Origin: an uncultured Rhizobiaceae bacterium
GTDB lineage: Bacteria; Pseudomonadota; Alphaproteobacteria; UBA828
DNA length: 38,957 bases
Assembly: GCA_964413115.1 (NCBI GenBank)
Contig: CAYPSQ010000006.1
Location: forward strand, 28,506-67,462
Direction: 5' to 3'
The first letter of the stretch is position 1; the number at the start of each line of letters is the position of its first letter. Positions 7,719 to 17,863 of the stretch are shown here, in pieces. Below the pieces are notes generated by a model. That model was not told the origin of the DNA. It worked only from the letters and a program-made list of their open reading frames with translations, and made no database searches. Position numbers and translations under genes: made by a program.

Positions 7719-8822
7719 ATGAAGCATGCTTTATTCATGATGCCAATTCACGCGCGTGAGAAGGATTATCACACCGGGCTGATGGAAGATCGGGAAGCGA
7801 TCATTCTGGCCGATAAACTGGGCTACTCCGAAGCGTGGATCGGCGAACATTACGCTTCTGGGCCAGAGCAGATCACGTCGCCAATGATGTTCTTGGCGAG
7901 CTTAATTACCGAAACAACCAACATCAAGCTCTGCACTGGCGTGATTTGTCTGCCGCAATATCATCCTGGCCTGGTCGCCGGACAGGCTGCAATGTTCGAT
8001 CATCTCTCCAAGGGCCGCTTTATCATGGGTGTCGGGCCGGGTGGCCTGCCGCCGGACTTCGAATTGTTCGACACCATGGATGCTGAGCGCAACGAGATGA
8101 TGGCCGAATCTATCGATATAATCCACCAGATTTGGTCTGGCGAACCGCCCTGGGATATTAAGGGCAAACATTGGCACATCAAAATTCAAGATTGGGTGCA
8201 TGACGATATCGGCCTGGGTCATATGTTAAAGCCGTACCAGAAACCTTATCCACCGATAGGGATTTCGGCGATGAGCCCGTTCTCAAGCTCTATTCGCTAC
8301 GCTGCCCAGCAGGACTTTATCCCGCTTTCGGCTAATTTTATAGGCAATTGGTCGGTGAAATCGCACTGGCAGGTCTATGCCGAGGAACGTGAGAAAAACG
8401 GCCAAACGGTGGATCCTGGAATTTGGCGTGTGGCGCGCAACATCCACGTCGGTGAAACCGATGCCGAGGCGGAAGCATTCGTCAAAGAGGCCAACGGTAG
8501 CTGCGATTGGTATTTCAAATATCTCCACACTATTTTCGAGCGTGCGAAGATGAAAGGTGCTTTTGTGATCAACAAAGGCGACGATGGAGATGCTCTCACT
8601 CATGAAGATTTGCGCGACAACTACACTATTTATGGCAGCCCAAGTACGGTGGCTGAGAAAATCCTCGCCTTCCGCGATGAGATCGGCGATTTCGGCACTT
8701 TGGTTCAGACGGCGCAGGATTGGACCGACGCTGATGCCATGAAGCGTTCAATGAAACTACTTGCCGAAGAGGTCATGCCGGCGGTCAATTCGGCTATCGG
8801 CAGCAAGCAGGCAGCGGAGTAA
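7719..8822 (+). CDS. LLM class flavin-dependent oxidoreductase (luciferase-like monooxygenase) 1
   Basis: ADKLGYSEAWIGEH, FDHLSKGRFIMGVGPG, KPYQKPYPP and LLAEEVMP. Confidence 0.93.
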   Translation: MKHALFMMPIHAREKDYHTGLMEDREAIILADKLGYSEAWIGEHYASGPEQITSPMMFLASLITETTNIKLCTGVICLPQYHPGLVAGQAAMFDHLSKGRFIMGVGPGGLPPDFELFDTMDAERNEMMAESIDIIHQIWSGEPPWDIKGKHWHIKIQDWVHDDIGLGHMLKPYQKPYPPIGISAMSPFSSSIRYAAQQDFIPLSANFIGNWSVKSHWQVYAEEREKNGQTVDPGIWRVARNIHVGETDAEAEAFVKEANGSCDWYFKYLHTIFERAKMKGAFVINKGDDGDALTHEDLRDNYTIYGSPSTVAEKILAFRDEIGDFGTLVQTAQDWTDADAMKRSMKLLAEEVMPAVNSAIGSKQAAE

Positions 8823-8857
8823 CGAGGGGCAGGGCGGCAAAGGCGCGTCGGCTACAT

Positions 8858-9577
8858 ATGGCCGATTACGCCATTGTCACCGGTGGGTCGCAAGGCATCG
8901 GTCTAGCGATTTGCCGCCGCTTAATACAGGACGGCGCGACCCCCATCATTTTCGATCGGGTGGCGCCGGAAGATTCCAGCCTCGGTGAATTTCGCTCCGT
9001 CGAGCTTTCGGACCTCGATGCGACGGCGGCTGCGCTGGATTGGGCGTTGGGGTTGGGGCCGATCAGCCGCCTTATCAATAACGTTGGCGTGGTGATGCCG
9101 GCGCTGCTTGAAAACACATCACTGGAAGATTTCGACGCCTTGATGGCGCTCAACGTGCGCTGCGCCATCCAATGCACCCAGGCGGTAGCGCCGGCGATGC
9201 GCAAACGCAAGATAGGCCGCATCGTCAACATCGCCAGCCGTGCGGCCCTCGGTAAGGCCCTCAGAACAAATTATTCCGCCAGCAAGGCGGCCCTTATTGG
9301 CCTCACGCGCACGTGGTCGCTTGAATTGGCGGCAGATGGCATTACAGTCAATTGCATCTGCCCCGGCCCGATTGCCACCGAGCTTTACGAAATAGCCAAT
9401 CCGGCCGATGACCCACGCACTATTGCCTCGCTGGCCGCCATACCCGCAGGGCGCATCGGCACCCCTGAAGATATCGCCCAAGCAGCCGCATTTTTCCTCG
9501 CCGAAGGTTCTGGCTTCATCAACGGCCAAACGCTTTATGTCTGCGGAGCTTCAAGCGTCGGTAGGTCGGGCGTCTAA
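8858..9577 (+). CDS. SDR family oxidoreductase
   Basis: TGGSQGIG, LINNVG, YSASK and ITVNCICPG. Confidence 0.93.
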   Translation: MADYAIVTGGSQGIGLAICRRLIQDGATPIIFDRVAPEDSSLGEFRSVELSDLDATAAALDWALGLGPISRLINNVGVVMPALLENTSLEDFDALMALNVRCAIQCTQAVAPAMRKRKIGRIVNIASRAALGKALRTNYSASKAALIGLTRTWSLELAADGITVNCICPGPIATELYEIANPADDPRTIASLAAIPAGRIGTPEDIAQAAAFFLAEGSGFINGQTLYVCGASSVGRSGV

Positions 9578-9649
9578 CCAATTGACAAGGTGTCATAAGT
9601 TGTTCCTCGTTAGATAAAAGGCAAAGGTTTGGGTTGATATAGCAAACCA

Positions 9650-9666
9650 AGCGCGCAACGCGCGCT
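9650..9666. terminator. Possible hairpin terminator between convergent genes
   Basis: AGCGCGC-AAC-GCGCGCT in the 104-nt convergent spacer; weak U tracts. Confidence 0.3.
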
Positions 9667-9681
9667 AAGCAATTTTTCTCC

Positions 9682-10848
9682 TCACCCCCGCGCGTATCTA
9701 TCAACAAACCCGTGATCAATCGTAATTCCTAGCCCAGGCCGATTAGGTATAGCCATCTCGCCATTCTCAACCGTGAAATTCTCTTGAGCCATATTGTGCA
9801 GCAGTGGGTTAGCGCCAAGCGAATACTCTATGACGGTGGCCGCCGGTGAAACCGCACAGATTTGTAGCCCGGCCGCAAAATGCAGCGGCCCGCCCCAGAG
9901 ATGCGGCGCTAGGCGAATCTGGTGTGCGTCTGCCAGCGCGGCGATGCGCATGCATTCGGTGATGCCACCGCAGATCGCTGGGTCAGGCTGGAAAATATCG
10001 ACGGCATTCAGCAATGCGAGGTCGCGGAAGGCGAAGCGGGTGAATTCGCTTTCACCGGCCGAGATCGGAATATCGGTTGTTGCGCGCACTTCGGCGCAGC
10101 CGCGCTTGTTGTCGGCGTTAATCGGTTCCTCGAACCAAGCGAGGCGGCAATCGGCAACTTCGCGGGCGAACCGCTTGGCTTCGGGGACCGAATAGGTGCC
10201 GTGCGCGTCCACCATGATGTCGATATCAGGCCCGAGATAGTCGCGTGCGGCGTGGACGCGGCGTACCGAATCTACCACTTCGCCGTCGCCGGTGCCGACG
10301 CGCATTTTCACCGCTTTGAAGCCACCGCGATCGATATAGCTTTGTAGTTGTTCACCTATTTTTTCCGCCGGCGCCCAACCGCCCGAGGCATAGGCCGGCA
10401 ATTTGGCGTGGGTTAGGCCGCCGAGCAATTGCCACACCGGCACATCCAGCGAGCGTCCGAGAATATCCCACAGCGCCATATCGATGGCGCTGATGGCGGC
10501 GATAGTTAGACCGCGCCGCCCGAGAGCCGGGAAGGGACGAGCTCGAGACAGCGCGAAATGCGCCCGCGTGCCGTTATACATCTGCTCCCAAAGGCGCGCT
10601 GGGTCGCTGGCATTCTCGCCGACCAGCGCAGGCCCGAGATCGTCATTAATAAGCGAGACCAACGGCGCGTTATTGCCGGTGCTGAAGACTGAGGCGCGGC
10701 CTTCACCGTAGCCCACAAGCCCAGATTCGGTTTCGATCCGCACCAAGGTAGTATCGAATGCAGCGACGGCTCCAAAATCACTGGTGTGTTGCTCGGCCTC
10801 GGGGATCGGGACGTGAATCCACGTCGCGATGACCGATTTTATTTTCAA
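9682..10848 (-). CDS. Mandelate racemase/muconate lactonizing enzyme family protein 1
   Basis: IDMALWDILG, AYASGG, KMRVG, VDAHG, WFEEP, AGESE, QPD and APH; TTG start. Confidence 0.93.
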   Translation of the reverse strand: MKIKSVIATWIHVPIPEAEQHTSDFGAVAAFDTTLVRIETESGLVGYGEGRASVFSTGNNAPLVSLINDDLGPALVGENASDPARLWEQMYNGTRAHFALSRARPFPALGRRGLTIAAISAIDMALWDILGRSLDVPVWQLLGGLTHAKLPAYASGGWAPAEKIGEQLQSYIDRGGFKAVKMRVGTGDGEVVDSVRRVHAARDYLGPDIDIMVDAHGTYSVPEAKRFAREVADCRLAWFEEPINADNKRGCAEVRATTDIPISAGESEFTRFAFRDLALLNAVDIFQPDPAICGGITECMRIAALADAHQIRLAPHLWGGPLHFAAGLQICAVSPAATVIEYSLGANPLLHNMAQENFTVENGEMAIPNRPGLGITIDHGFVDRYARG

Positions 10849-10859
10849 CGTGTTGGTTC

Positions 10860-11966
10860 CTATTCCGCCGCCTCTTTGTCCCAGCCGATGGCGTCACGGA
10901 AGCGCGGCATTACTTCTTTGGCCATTAATTCCATGTGGCGGCGCCATAACTTTTTGTGCACCCAATCATGGTGCGAAATGATTAGGGTCTCAAACGGACC
11001 GGTGTTCTCGCGAAATTCCACCAGCTTATCAGCCACCGTTTTGGGGCTGCCGGCGGTGACGATGGTGTCGATGCAGTAATCTATCGTTACGTCATCGTCC
11101 GACATATTAGGGTCGGATTTTAGCATATGCACGAAGCCGCCGAAGCGGGTGATGCCAATGATATATTTGAAATACCAACGTAGGGCGCAATCCGGACTTT
11201 TTAGATAGGCCTGCGCCTCTTCGTCGGTATCGCATACCAGTAAGGTGCGTCCAGCGCGCCATTTTTCTCCGGTTACGGGGAGACCATTTTGTTGGCGCTC
11301 GTCTGCATAGTGATTCCAATGCTCTTTCAATACATCTTCAGGTACGAAGTTGGCCGAAATCGACATCCAGTCACGCCGTGCGGCGAGGCGAATGCTGCCC
11401 GAACCCCGGCTCATTGCCGGCAGCATCACCGGCGGATGCGGCGTTTGAAAGGGCTTGCCCATGGCGCCGACGCCGAGTTCTGGAAGGATGTTGTCTTTGA
11501 TTTCGAAATCCCAGAATTCACCGTGAAACTCGTAGGGTGGATCACTTGCCCAAATGCCGTGAATCATGTCGATTGATTCTTCCAGCATGGCCATGCGGTC
11601 GAGATCACCGATCTTAAACATCTCAAAATCAGGCGGTGTCGCACCCGGTCCGATTCCCATATAAAAGCGTCCTTCCGACATATGGTCGAACTGCGCCGCC
11701 TGTCCGGCGATGATGGCCGGATGCTGATAGGGCAGACACAGGACGCCGGCGCCGAAGGTAATGTTCTTGGTTTGTGGAATGAGCGCGGCGTAGAGCATCA
11801 GCGGCGATTGGATGGGTTCGGAGGGTAGGGCAAAATGCTCGCCTAGCCAGACTTCGTCGAAGCCTAACTCGTCAGCATATTTGATAATTTCCATATCCTC
11901 CAGAAGGAGCGTGTGATAGCCGCGCTTAAAATCCTGAATCGGGTGCATGAACATACCGAGTTTCAT
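10860..11966 (-). CDS. LLM class flavin-dependent oxidoreductase 2
   Basis: ADELGFDEVWLGEH, FDHMSEGRFYMGIGPG, KPFQTPHPP and MAKEVMP. Confidence 0.93.
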   Translation of the reverse strand: MKLGMFMHPIQDFKRGYHTLLLEDMEIIKYADELGFDEVWLGEHFALPSEPIQSPLMLYAALIPQTKNITFGAGVLCLPYQHPAIIAGQAAQFDHMSEGRFYMGIGPGATPPDFEMFKIGDLDRMAMLEESIDMIHGIWASDPPYEFHGEFWDFEIKDNILPELGVGAMGKPFQTPHPPVMLPAMSRGSGSIRLAARRDWMSISANFVPEDVLKEHWNHYADERQQNGLPVTGEKWRAGRTLLVCDTDEEAQAYLKSPDCALRWYFKYIIGITRFGGFVHMLKSDPNMSDDDVTIDYCIDTIVTAGSPKTVADKLVEFRENTGPFETLIISHHDWVHKKLWRRHMELMAKEVMPRFRDAIGWDKEAAE

Positions 11967-11987
11967 CGGAAGTACTCCTTCTATCTA

Positions 11988-13130
11988 CTAGCCGGGTATG
12001 TAGCAGGGCCCGGGCAGTGCCGGATATTTTTCGAGTATGCTTTCATCGATGTCGAGGCCGAAGCCGGGAGCGTCGTTGGGCATAATATAGCCGTCCAACA
12101 CTTCAAGCGGATTGCGCGCCAAATCGGTGCGAAACGGGTTGATCGGCGCTACATCGGCTTCGAATATGATGCCGTTTTGGATGGCGCATAGAAGATGTAC
12201 ATTGGCGGCTGCGCCGATCATGCTGTGGCTTGTGTGCGGTGCCGCGAGATAATGCCAGGCGGCGGCCATGTCAGCTATTTTCTTGACCTCCGTGATGCCC
12301 CCCGCCTTGGTACAATCAGCTTGGCAGATGGTGATTGCACGGGCTTCGAACAGGTCACGGAAGGCCTGACGGGTATAGTGGTTCTCCCCGGCCGCAATGG
12401 GGATGCTGGTGCGCCTTGAGAGCTCTTGATAGGCTGGGATATTGTCAGGCGCAAATGGCTCTTCGAGCCAAAAGACGCGATTGGTCTCGCAATATTCGAT
12501 CACGTCAGGCAGGTCGAGAACGGTGTAGCGCGTTGCTGCGTCGACAGCGATATCGATATCGTTGCCAAAGACTTTTCGGATATGGCCAACTCGCTCGGCG
12601 TCTTTCTTGGGCGTATCGCCGACCCGCATCTTTATCGCGCAATAGCCTTGGTCGAGAAATCCGGCGACTTCTTTTTCCAGCGTGTCGAGCGGTTGGAAGC
12701 CAAGGGTCAGCCCACCGACATAGGCACGGATTTTCTTTGAAGCCCCACCGAGGAGGCGATAGACTGGTTGGTTGAGGAGCTTGCCCTTGAGGTCCCATAG
12801 CGCAAGGTCAATGCCTGCCAGAGCGATCACGCTGCCGGCGCCGAGTCCGTGGGTTTGAATTTGTTGGCGCTTGATGCGTTCCCATATTCCTTCGCTGTCA
12901 AACGGATCTGCACCGATGATCAGAGAGCCCACACCGTTTTGGATAATTTCCGCCATGGCCGTCAGGTTTTGCCCATGATGCGCTTCGCCGTAACCAACCG
13001 TGCCATCATCTGCGGTAATTTTGACGAATACGAAATCCCGCTTAACGTTTCGCCCGAGGCCCATGCGCACAATATTGTCAGTAAACGGACGCGAGTGGGC
13101 GCTTGCCGTAATTTTTACGATCTTGGCCAT
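11988..13130 (-). CDS. Mandelate racemase/muconate lactonizing enzyme family protein 2
   Basis: IDLALWDLKGK, KMRVG, VDAA, WLEEP, AAGEN, QADCTKAGG and APH. Confidence 0.93.
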   Translation of the reverse strand: MAKIVKITASAHSRPFTDNIVRMGLGRNVKRDFVFVKITADDGTVGYGEAHHGQNLTAMAEIIQNGVGSLIIGADPFDSEGIWERIKRQQIQTHGLGAGSVIALAGIDLALWDLKGKLLNQPVYRLLGGASKKIRAYVGGLTLGFQPLDTLEKEVAGFLDQGYCAIKMRVGDTPKKDAERVGHIRKVFGNDIDIAVDAATRYTVLDLPDVIEYCETNRVFWLEEPFAPDNIPAYQELSRRTSIPIAAGENHYTRQAFRDLFEARAITICQADCTKAGGITEVKKIADMAAAWHYLAAPHTSHSMIGAAANVHLLCAIQNGIIFEADVAPINPFRTDLARNPLEVLDGYIMPNDAPGFGLDIDESILEKYPALPGPCYIPG

Positions 13131-13267
13131 GCAGGGATCTCCAATATTTTGTCTTGGTGGCAGGTAATCTACACCAGCGCGGCGAGGCAGGCCACAGGTG
13201 CACTTGGAGAGTTGACTTTACCCGGGCGGGGGCAACAATCCGCCGCAATATAGTAGAGGTGGATACA

Positions 13268-15010
13268 ATGGCGGATGCAGTGGTGGTGACAGATGTCGAT
13301 CCGGTGACGCTTGAGATCGTGCGCGGCAAATTGCTGGCAGCGGTCGACGAGATGGGCATTGTCATTGCCCGCACCTCAATGAGCCCGGTGATTTACGAGG
13401 TGCTCGATTTTGCCTGCGGAATCCTCGACACCAAGGCCCAATTGATCGTCCAGACCAACGGCATCACGCTATTTACCGGCACGTTTTCGTTTCAGCTTCA
13501 GGCTATTCAAAAAAAATTCGGCGATGATATCCGCCCAGGCGACGTCTATATGACGAACGATCCGTTCGAGGGTGGTACCCATACCTGCGATGTGGCGCTT
13601 ATTCGCCCGCTGTTCGATGGCGGCACATTGCGGGCCTTTGCTATAGCGGTAGCGCATTGGAGTGAGGTCGGTGGCTCGGTCGCCGGTAGCATCGCGCCAA
13701 ATGCCACCGAGATCTATCAGGAAGGCATCCGCTTCCCAGGAATACGCGTCTGCCGCGATGACAAGTTACTACCCGATGTCGTCGACCTGATCCGCGAAAA
13801 TGTGCGCCTGCCAACGATGTGTCTTGGCGATCTAAATGCCGAACTAGCGGCGGTACGCATTGCAGAGGTGCGATTCTGCGAGATTGATAATAAATACGGC
13901 TCCGGGATCACGAATGCCACTTTTAACTACATATTGAAAACCAGCGAACAGCTCAGCCGAGAGGCTGTGGCCGCCTTGCCAGACGGCAGTTACCGCGCGA
14001 CGGATATAATTGACGGCGACGGCATTAGCGATGAACAAATCCCTGTCTGCGTTGAAGTGCGGATAGACGGCGAGCGCATGACGTTCGATTTTACTGGCAC
14101 TAGTGCGCAGCGACCTGGTCCTATCAACTGCGCGTATGGCGCCTTGCATTCGGCGGTAAAGACCGTCTTTAAATCGCTTGTCGATCCGCAAGGAGCGTCC
14201 AATGAAGGTTGGTTCCGTCCAGTCAAAATAATTTGCCCCGACGGCACCGTCTTTACGGCAAACAAACCGGCTCCGACGGGCTGGTATTACGAAGGATCCG
14301 CCCACGCGTCGGATCTGGTGTGGAAGGCTTTGGCTGAAATTGCACCTGACCGCTTCAGTGCCGGTAGCTATATGTCGCTCTGCGGTGCCTATATTTGCGG
14401 CAAGGATCCCGAAAGCGGAGAAATATTCGTTCATATTGAGCCAGCGGTGGGCGGCTGGGGTGCTACCTCTACTCGTGACGGTACTGCGGCCCTGATCGCC
14501 ACAACAGATGGCGATACTTATAATTATTCGGTCGAACTATTTGAAGCTAAGTTCCCGCTTCTTGTCCATCAATACGCTCTCAACACCGATGAGGGTGTGG
14601 GCGAAGGGCGCTACCGTGGTGGCTTCGGCGCGGTACGAGAATTTGATATTCTCGCTGACGATGCCTTTACCTATGCCAGTTTCGGTCGCTCTGTTGAGCC
14701 GCCGTGGGGCTTGAAGGGCGGCGCCAAAGGAAGTTGCAATTTCATGGAAATCAAAAGCACCAAGGAGATACGGCGCGTAGCGCGTATTCCCTATCACGGC
14801 TTGCAGCCTGGCGATCGCGTGCGGGTCGTCACTGGCGGTGGCGGCGGGTACGGCGATGCTTTCGCTCGCCCACCGCAAGAGGTTCTTGATGACGTGCTAA
14901 ACGATTACATCACCCCCGCAATTGCGCGTGACCAATATGGGGTGGTGCTGACGCCGGAAGGCGGGGTCGACGATACGGCAACTGAAATTCTACGCGCGGC
15001 TCGGGTATAG
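13268..15010 (+). CDS. Hydantoinase B/oxoprolinase family protein 1
   Basis: DPVTLEIV, RTSMSPVI, NDPFEGGTHTCD, HWSEVGG, G.GRYRGG.G and GGGGGYGD; start at ATG 13268 after GAGGTGG. Confidence 0.93.
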   Translation: MADAVVVTDVDPVTLEIVRGKLLAAVDEMGIVIARTSMSPVIYEVLDFACGILDTKAQLIVQTNGITLFTGTFSFQLQAIQKKFGDDIRPGDVYMTNDPFEGGTHTCDVALIRPLFDGGTLRAFAIAVAHWSEVGGSVAGSIAPNATEIYQEGIRFPGIRVCRDDKLLPDVVDLIRENVRLPTMCLGDLNAELAAVRIAEVRFCEIDNKYGSGITNATFNYILKTSEQLSREAVAALPDGSYRATDIIDGDGISDEQIPVCVEVRIDGERMTFDFTGTSAQRPGPINCAYGALHSAVKTVFKSLVDPQGASNEGWFRPVKIICPDGTVFTANKPAPTGWYYEGSAHASDLVWKALAEIAPDRFSAGSYMSLCGAYICGKDPESGEIFVHIEPAVGGWGATSTRDGTAALIATTDGDTYNYSVELFEAKFPLLVHQYALNTDEGVGEGRYRGGFGAVREFDILADDAFTYASFGRSVEPPWGLKGGAKGSCNFMEIKSTKEIRRVARIPYHGLQPGDRVRVVTGGGGGYGDAFARPPQEVLDDVLNDYITPAIARDQYGVVLTPEGGVDDTATEILRAARV

Positions 15011-15014
15011 GGCT

Positions 15015-17054
15015 ATGGGGCGTCTGGCAAGTGATATCGGTGGCACATTCACCGACCTAGTCTATTTCGATGATGAGACCGGCGCTCTCAAAGTAGAGAA
15101 GTCTCTCACCACGCCCAAGAATCTGACCAAGGGTGTTGAGGATACAATTCGCCTGGCACAGATAGATCCAAACACTGTTGACTTCTTCGTGCATGGTGGC
15201 ACTACCGTCATCAATGCTATCACGGAACGCAAAGGTGCTAAAACGGCGTTGGTTACGACAGCTGGATTTCGCGACGTACTCGAGATCGCGCGCGGCAACC
15301 GTCCCGATCTTTATAATTTGAGTTTTGAGAAACCGACAGCTTTTGTGCCGCGGCGTCTGCGCTTTGAAGTGCGCGAGCGCATCGATGCGAAAGGGCACGA
15401 ATTAGAGCCGTTACAGCTTACCGATCTTGATGCTGTGGTCAGGCGCTGTCAGGCGGAGGGTGTTGAGGCGGTTGCTATACAATTTCTACACAGCTATGCC
15501 GCACCCGAACATGAGGCGACCTGCGCCACCTATTTGCGCGACAAACTGCCTGGCGTAGCGATCACCGCAAGCCACGAAATAACACGTGAATGGCGCGAAT
15601 ATGAGCGCGCTAACACCGCCGTGCTGAACGCCTATGTACAGCCCATCGTGCAGCGTTATTTTGATAGCCTGGAAGGTAGCCTGCGCGGACAGGGGCTGGA
15701 CTGTCCGTTTGCAGCAATGCAGTCGAATGGTGGCTCGACCAGCTTTTCTTGGGCTAAGGCGCACCCCATTACCTTGGTGGAATCCGGCCCGTCCGCCGGT
15801 GTTAACGCTGCCGCGTTAGTCGGCAAGCTGTGTGGCGAAGAAGACGTAATTTATCTCGATATCGGTGGCACTACGGCAAAATGCTCGGTAATCGAAGGCG
15901 CGCAAGTGAAGGTAACCACCGATTACAAACTGGAATGGACGCGCATCAATCCAGGTTACCCGGTCAAGGTGCCGGTCGTCGATATCGTCGAGATCGGCAT
16001 GGGTGGTGGCTCCATTGCCTGGTTTGATAGGGTCGGTGCGCTCAAGGTTGGGCCGGTAAGCGCTGGTTCCGACCCGGGGCCGGCTGCCTACGGTCTGGGT
16101 GGCAGCGAGCCCACAGTCACGGATGCTAAACTTCTCACCGGCGTGCTTAATCCCGGCTATTTCGCGGGCGGGCGCATTACCCTCGATATTGCCGCCGCCG
16201 AGCGTGCCATGCAAAAAATTGCCGATGGCCTGAAAATCAGCGTTGAAGAGGCGGCGGTGGCGGTTTTGCGCCTGGCCGATGCTGATGCCATCAATGCGCT
16301 CAAGTTGGTCTCCATTCAGCGCGGCCACGATCCGCGCGATTTCGTACTTATTGTTGGCGGCGGCGGCGGCGCCATGCACGCGGCAACGCTCGGCCGTGAG
16401 CTTGGCGTACGCGAGATCATCATTCCGCTCTATCCCGGTTATTTCTCGGCCTGGGGCATGCTTGCGACGGAGCCGCGGCGTGATTTCGTACAGACCGCGC
16501 TCGGCCGCGCGGATAACATGACAACAGAGGAACTGAACAATATATTTGCTGGTCTCGTTATGGGGGCTGAGAAGTATTTCCGCGACCAGGATGGCGCGGA
16601 GGAGGCAAAACTAGTTTTTGAGTTCGGCATCGATTTACGGTATTTTGGCCAGGAACATTGGGTTACGGTTGCCGCCCAGTTGGACAACCTAAGCGTCGAA
16701 GCCATCCTGCAAGATTTCCATATCGCCCATGAGCGAGCCTATACGTTTAAGCTCGATGACACGCCGGTCGAGTTCGTCAATTTTCGCCTGACTGCAACGG
16801 CACGCGTGCCGCGCCCAACGGTGAAGCCGCTGAATTGCGCGGGCCGATCTGAGGCGGCCGCGGCGAAGGGGACGCGCTCTGTACATTTCGGCGAAGACGG
16901 CCGCCATGAAGCGCGTATTTTTGAACGCGACTTGTTGCCCGCTGATTTCGAAGCCGATGGCCCGATGGTCATCGAAGAACCATCCGCCAATATTATTGTC
17001 CACCCCCGCCAGCATCTCCGCGTCGATGAACTTGGCTTCCTTCATATCTCCTAA
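15015..17054 (+). CDS. Hydantoinase A/oxoprolinase family protein 1 (ATP-binding subunit)
   Basis: DIGGTFTD, HGGTTVINA, REYERANTA, ESGPSAG, DIGGTT, SAGSDPGPAAY and PTVTDA. Confidence 0.93.
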   Translation: MGRLASDIGGTFTDLVYFDDETGALKVEKSLTTPKNLTKGVEDTIRLAQIDPNTVDFFVHGGTTVINAITERKGAKTALVTTAGFRDVLEIARGNRPDLYNLSFEKPTAFVPRRLRFEVRERIDAKGHELEPLQLTDLDAVVRRCQAEGVEAVAIQFLHSYAAPEHEATCATYLRDKLPGVAITASHEITREWREYERANTAVLNAYVQPIVQRYFDSLEGSLRGQGLDCPFAAMQSNGGSTSFSWAKAHPITLVESGPSAGVNAAALVGKLCGEEDVIYLDIGGTTAKCSVIEGAQVKVTTDYKLEWTRINPGYPVKVPVVDIVEIGMGGGSIAWFDRVGALKVGPVSAGSDPGPAAYGLGGSEPTVTDAKLLTGVLNPGYFAGGRITLDIAAAERAMQKIADGLKISVEEAAVAVLRLADADAINALKLVSIQRGHDPRDFVLIVGGGGGAMHAATLGRELGVREIIIPLYPGYFSAWGMLATEPRRDFVQTALGRADNMTTEELNNIFAGLVMGAEKYFRDQDGAEEAKLVFEFGIDLRYFGQEHWVTVAAQLDNLSVEAILQDFHIAHERAYTFKLDDTPVEFVNFRLTATARVPRPTVKPLNCAGRSEAAAAKGTRSVHFGEDGRHEARIFERDLLPADFEADGPMVIEEPSANIIVHPRQHLRVDELGFLHIS

Positions 17055-17863
17055 ACGATACTGCGCCCAGCACAGACGTAAATGGATTGAGCGGTGACGT
17101 GGCGCGCGCCAGGACCGGCGAGGAAAACCATCATTTTGGCGACATCCTCGGGCGGTATAATGGCTCGCATCGCGTTGACCCGCATGCCTTCATCATAAAT
17201 CTGTTCGAAGGGTACGCCCTTTTCTTTTGCCATCTGTTCGTGCAATTCCACCGCCATTTCAGTGGCAATCCAGCCGGCGCAAACCGCATTTGCAGTAATG
17301 CCATGAGGGCCGACTTCCTCGGCGAGACAGCGCGTAAAGCCGACCAATCCGGCCTTAGTGGCGTTGTAGATAGAGCGCTCTGCTTGCGCCATGCGCGCCG
17401 CACTTGAGGCGTTGAACACATATGCGCCGCCTGTGCCCTGGGCGATCATAGTAGGCAAGGTGTGCTGGGTGACGAGGAAGGGAGCCTTTAAATTGATGTC
17501 CATCACTTGGTCCCACTCTTCTTCTTCCAGGTCGACAACTGGACCATGCGCCGCGATACCCGCATTGTTGATGACGATGTCGATACCGCCCAACCCTTCG
17601 ATCGCTTCGGCGCAAAACCTTGCAATGGAAGCTCCATCGGTAAGCTCGCCGGTTACGCAAAGGGCATTCCCGTCAAGTTTCCGCAGCCTTTCTGAAATCG
17701 CGTCGAGTTGCTCTCGTCGGCGTGCATGTATTGCGACGCTGGCGCCTTCGCACACCAACGCCTCCGCGGTGCAGGCGCCGATACCGCGCGCCGCGCCGGT
17801 TACCAAAGCGCGTTTGCCGGCGAGTGACGGGTGCTGCTGCGCTGAATTTGCTATTTTGCTCAC
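17051..17863 (-). CDS. SDR family oxidoreductase
   Basis: TGAARGIG, INNAG and YNATK; the GTG start at 17863 overlaps the TGA of the upstream GntR frame (GTGA). Confidence 0.9.
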   Translation of the reverse strand: MSKIANSAQQHPSLAGKRALVTGAARGIGACTAEALVCEGASVAIHARRREQLDAISERLRKLDGNALCVTGELTDGASIARFCAEAIEGLGGIDIVINNAGIAAHGPVVDLEEEEWDQVMDINLKAPFLVTQHTLPTMIAQGTGGAYVFNASSAARMAQAERSIYNATKAGLVGFTRCLAEEVGPHGITANAVCAGWIATEMAVELHEQMAKEKGVPFEQIYDEGMRVNAMRAIIPPEDVAKMMVFLAGPGARHVTAQSIYVCAGRSIV

